From Hyphochytrium catenoides (taxonomy: Eukaryota > Protista > Hyphochytriomycota): DNA of 64,000 nucleotides. Location: the NCBI GenBank assembly GCA_900088475.1, contig FLMG01003887.1:242-64241 (forward strand), written 5' to 3'. This document shows, one piece after another, positions 62,640 to 64,000 of this stretch (positions within the stretch are counted from its first letter, which is position 1; every line of letters starts with the position of its first letter). The position numbers and the translations under genes are program-made. Below the pieces are notes generated by a model that was given only the letters and a program-made list of their open reading frames with translations, searched no databases and was not told where the DNA came from.

Positions 62640-63717
62640 AGTAGATGAGAAAGAGACGAGCTCTTCCTCCTCCAGCTGAGGGAAGGGACGGAGCAGTACC
62701 GGTGAAGAACAAGTTTTTTCAAAAATGATATTTGCGCTTCATCCGGCAGCTTCTTCTCCCTTCTTTCTTCATCGTTCTCTTCTCTTCTTCTTCTCGTCTC
62801 CTTCTCCATATCATCATCGGCTGAAAGGAGAAGGCCGCTGTGGCCGAGGTGCGGCCGTGGTCATCAACAACAACAATAGTAATTCCTCTACTGTTTTGTC
62901 TGTTCTTTTGCTGCTCCTTTTGCTGCTCCTACTAATCATCGTGCTACTACTCCCCGTCATCACGCCAACGCTAAGAAGGAGCTGAGTTTACGTTCTCTTG
63001 CCAACAAGGACACCGGTGATCCGTAACCCTCATAGTAGTATAGACGACAAAGAATGAAGAATGCTATTCATCATGATGCCACTGTGATGGTAGTATAACA
63101 ATAGCGTTATATGTATGTGCACTTCCTCAACTTCTGACCAACAACGACTTGATCCACTCTTTATTATTCTTTCCCCTTTCTGCTCTCTTTCTCTTTGCAT
63201 GTTCTTAGGGTAGCCTGTTGACTCATCCTCTCTTAAAGGTTAATACTCTATCGTTGCATTTCTCAACAAGTAGACTGACTCTTCTTCTCTCGTGAGGCAG
63301 ACTCTTCTTTCTCACCACCTCTGTATGATGGCAGTTAATAAACTTCTTTCTGAACGAAGTAGAAGAAGACCCCATGTTGTTACTTGCGCGTGTTCCCGCG
63401 AAGTCTGCCTGAATCGGGGCCTGGCCAGCCAAGGTACAGACCGAGCACCTTCTGACTCTCTACTAACGAGAGATCCGCCTCATCAGACTCATAATATTAC
63501 GTTACAACAAATAGATAGCGCTAATTCTTCTTTTTATTATTATATTAGAACAGTAAAATCCACAATGCGACTACCACTTGTGAATGACAGCGCAGCAGCA
63601 GTGCTGAAAGCTGGCTTGTCCAGTCGCATTAGTCCATATCTTCTAGAAAGATAGGATATTTCACTGATAAGTTGATAGCGCCATGATTGTCTTCCATCAT
63701 TCAGAGGGGTACGTAGG
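62640..63717 (-). repeat. ~1.08-kb diverged direct repeat, copy 2
   Basis: Collinear with 55698-56706, with many substitutions and triplet-slippage indels; both copies give the spurious ORF MEKETRRRREENDEERRE. Confidence 0.9.
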
Positions 63718-64000
63718 TGTTATATTATGTATATCTCCTCTGACGGCTGCTGCTGCTAACCACCTGAATGCGCACTGGACACGACGGAGGATCGACCCGC
63801 GCATGGGGTGTGGCTTCTCCTCTTTGAGAGTACTCTCAGGGCGGGGAGTTTCAACCAGAGTCGGCAAGGAATGGCTCTGACGAAGGATGCTCTCTTCCTT
63901 TTCCCTTTCTTCTCTCTTTCTCTTTGCATGTTACTAGCACTGTGGGATCGTTTTTGTCTTAATTTGTCTGAAAACCACCGTAAAATGTCTTAGAACACCC

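Overview
Intron-rich eukaryotic nuclear DNA with (CT)n/(GA)n-filled introns and four N gaps; a stramenopile-like protist is my inference from gene content. The gene models below were spliced by hand from GT/GC-AG sites and reading-frame phase. In order: the 3' end of a bacterial-type CoA-disulfide reductase/rhodanese fusion; an intronless GH5 beta-mannanase/mannosidase; a 12-kb phospholipase D; a SMYD-type SET methyltransferase; an MFSD6-like transporter; an LYR-motif protein; THOC2; a CAMK-group kinase; TDP1; and an LRR protein. The last ~8 kb is gene-poor and repeat-derived. Two diverged ~1-kb Copia-derived direct repeats bracket Copia RNase H debris, an intact intronless Crinkler-like coiled-coil kinase, a strongly base-paired ~160-nt island and two tandem decayed RLE-type non-LTR retrotransposon ends. 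The most unusual item is the PLD: its PH-like domain appears interrupted by two transmembrane hairpins, the second enclosing a ~190-aa putative lumenal domain, and a DysF (dysferlin/Pex24) domain is inserted in its C-terminal region.
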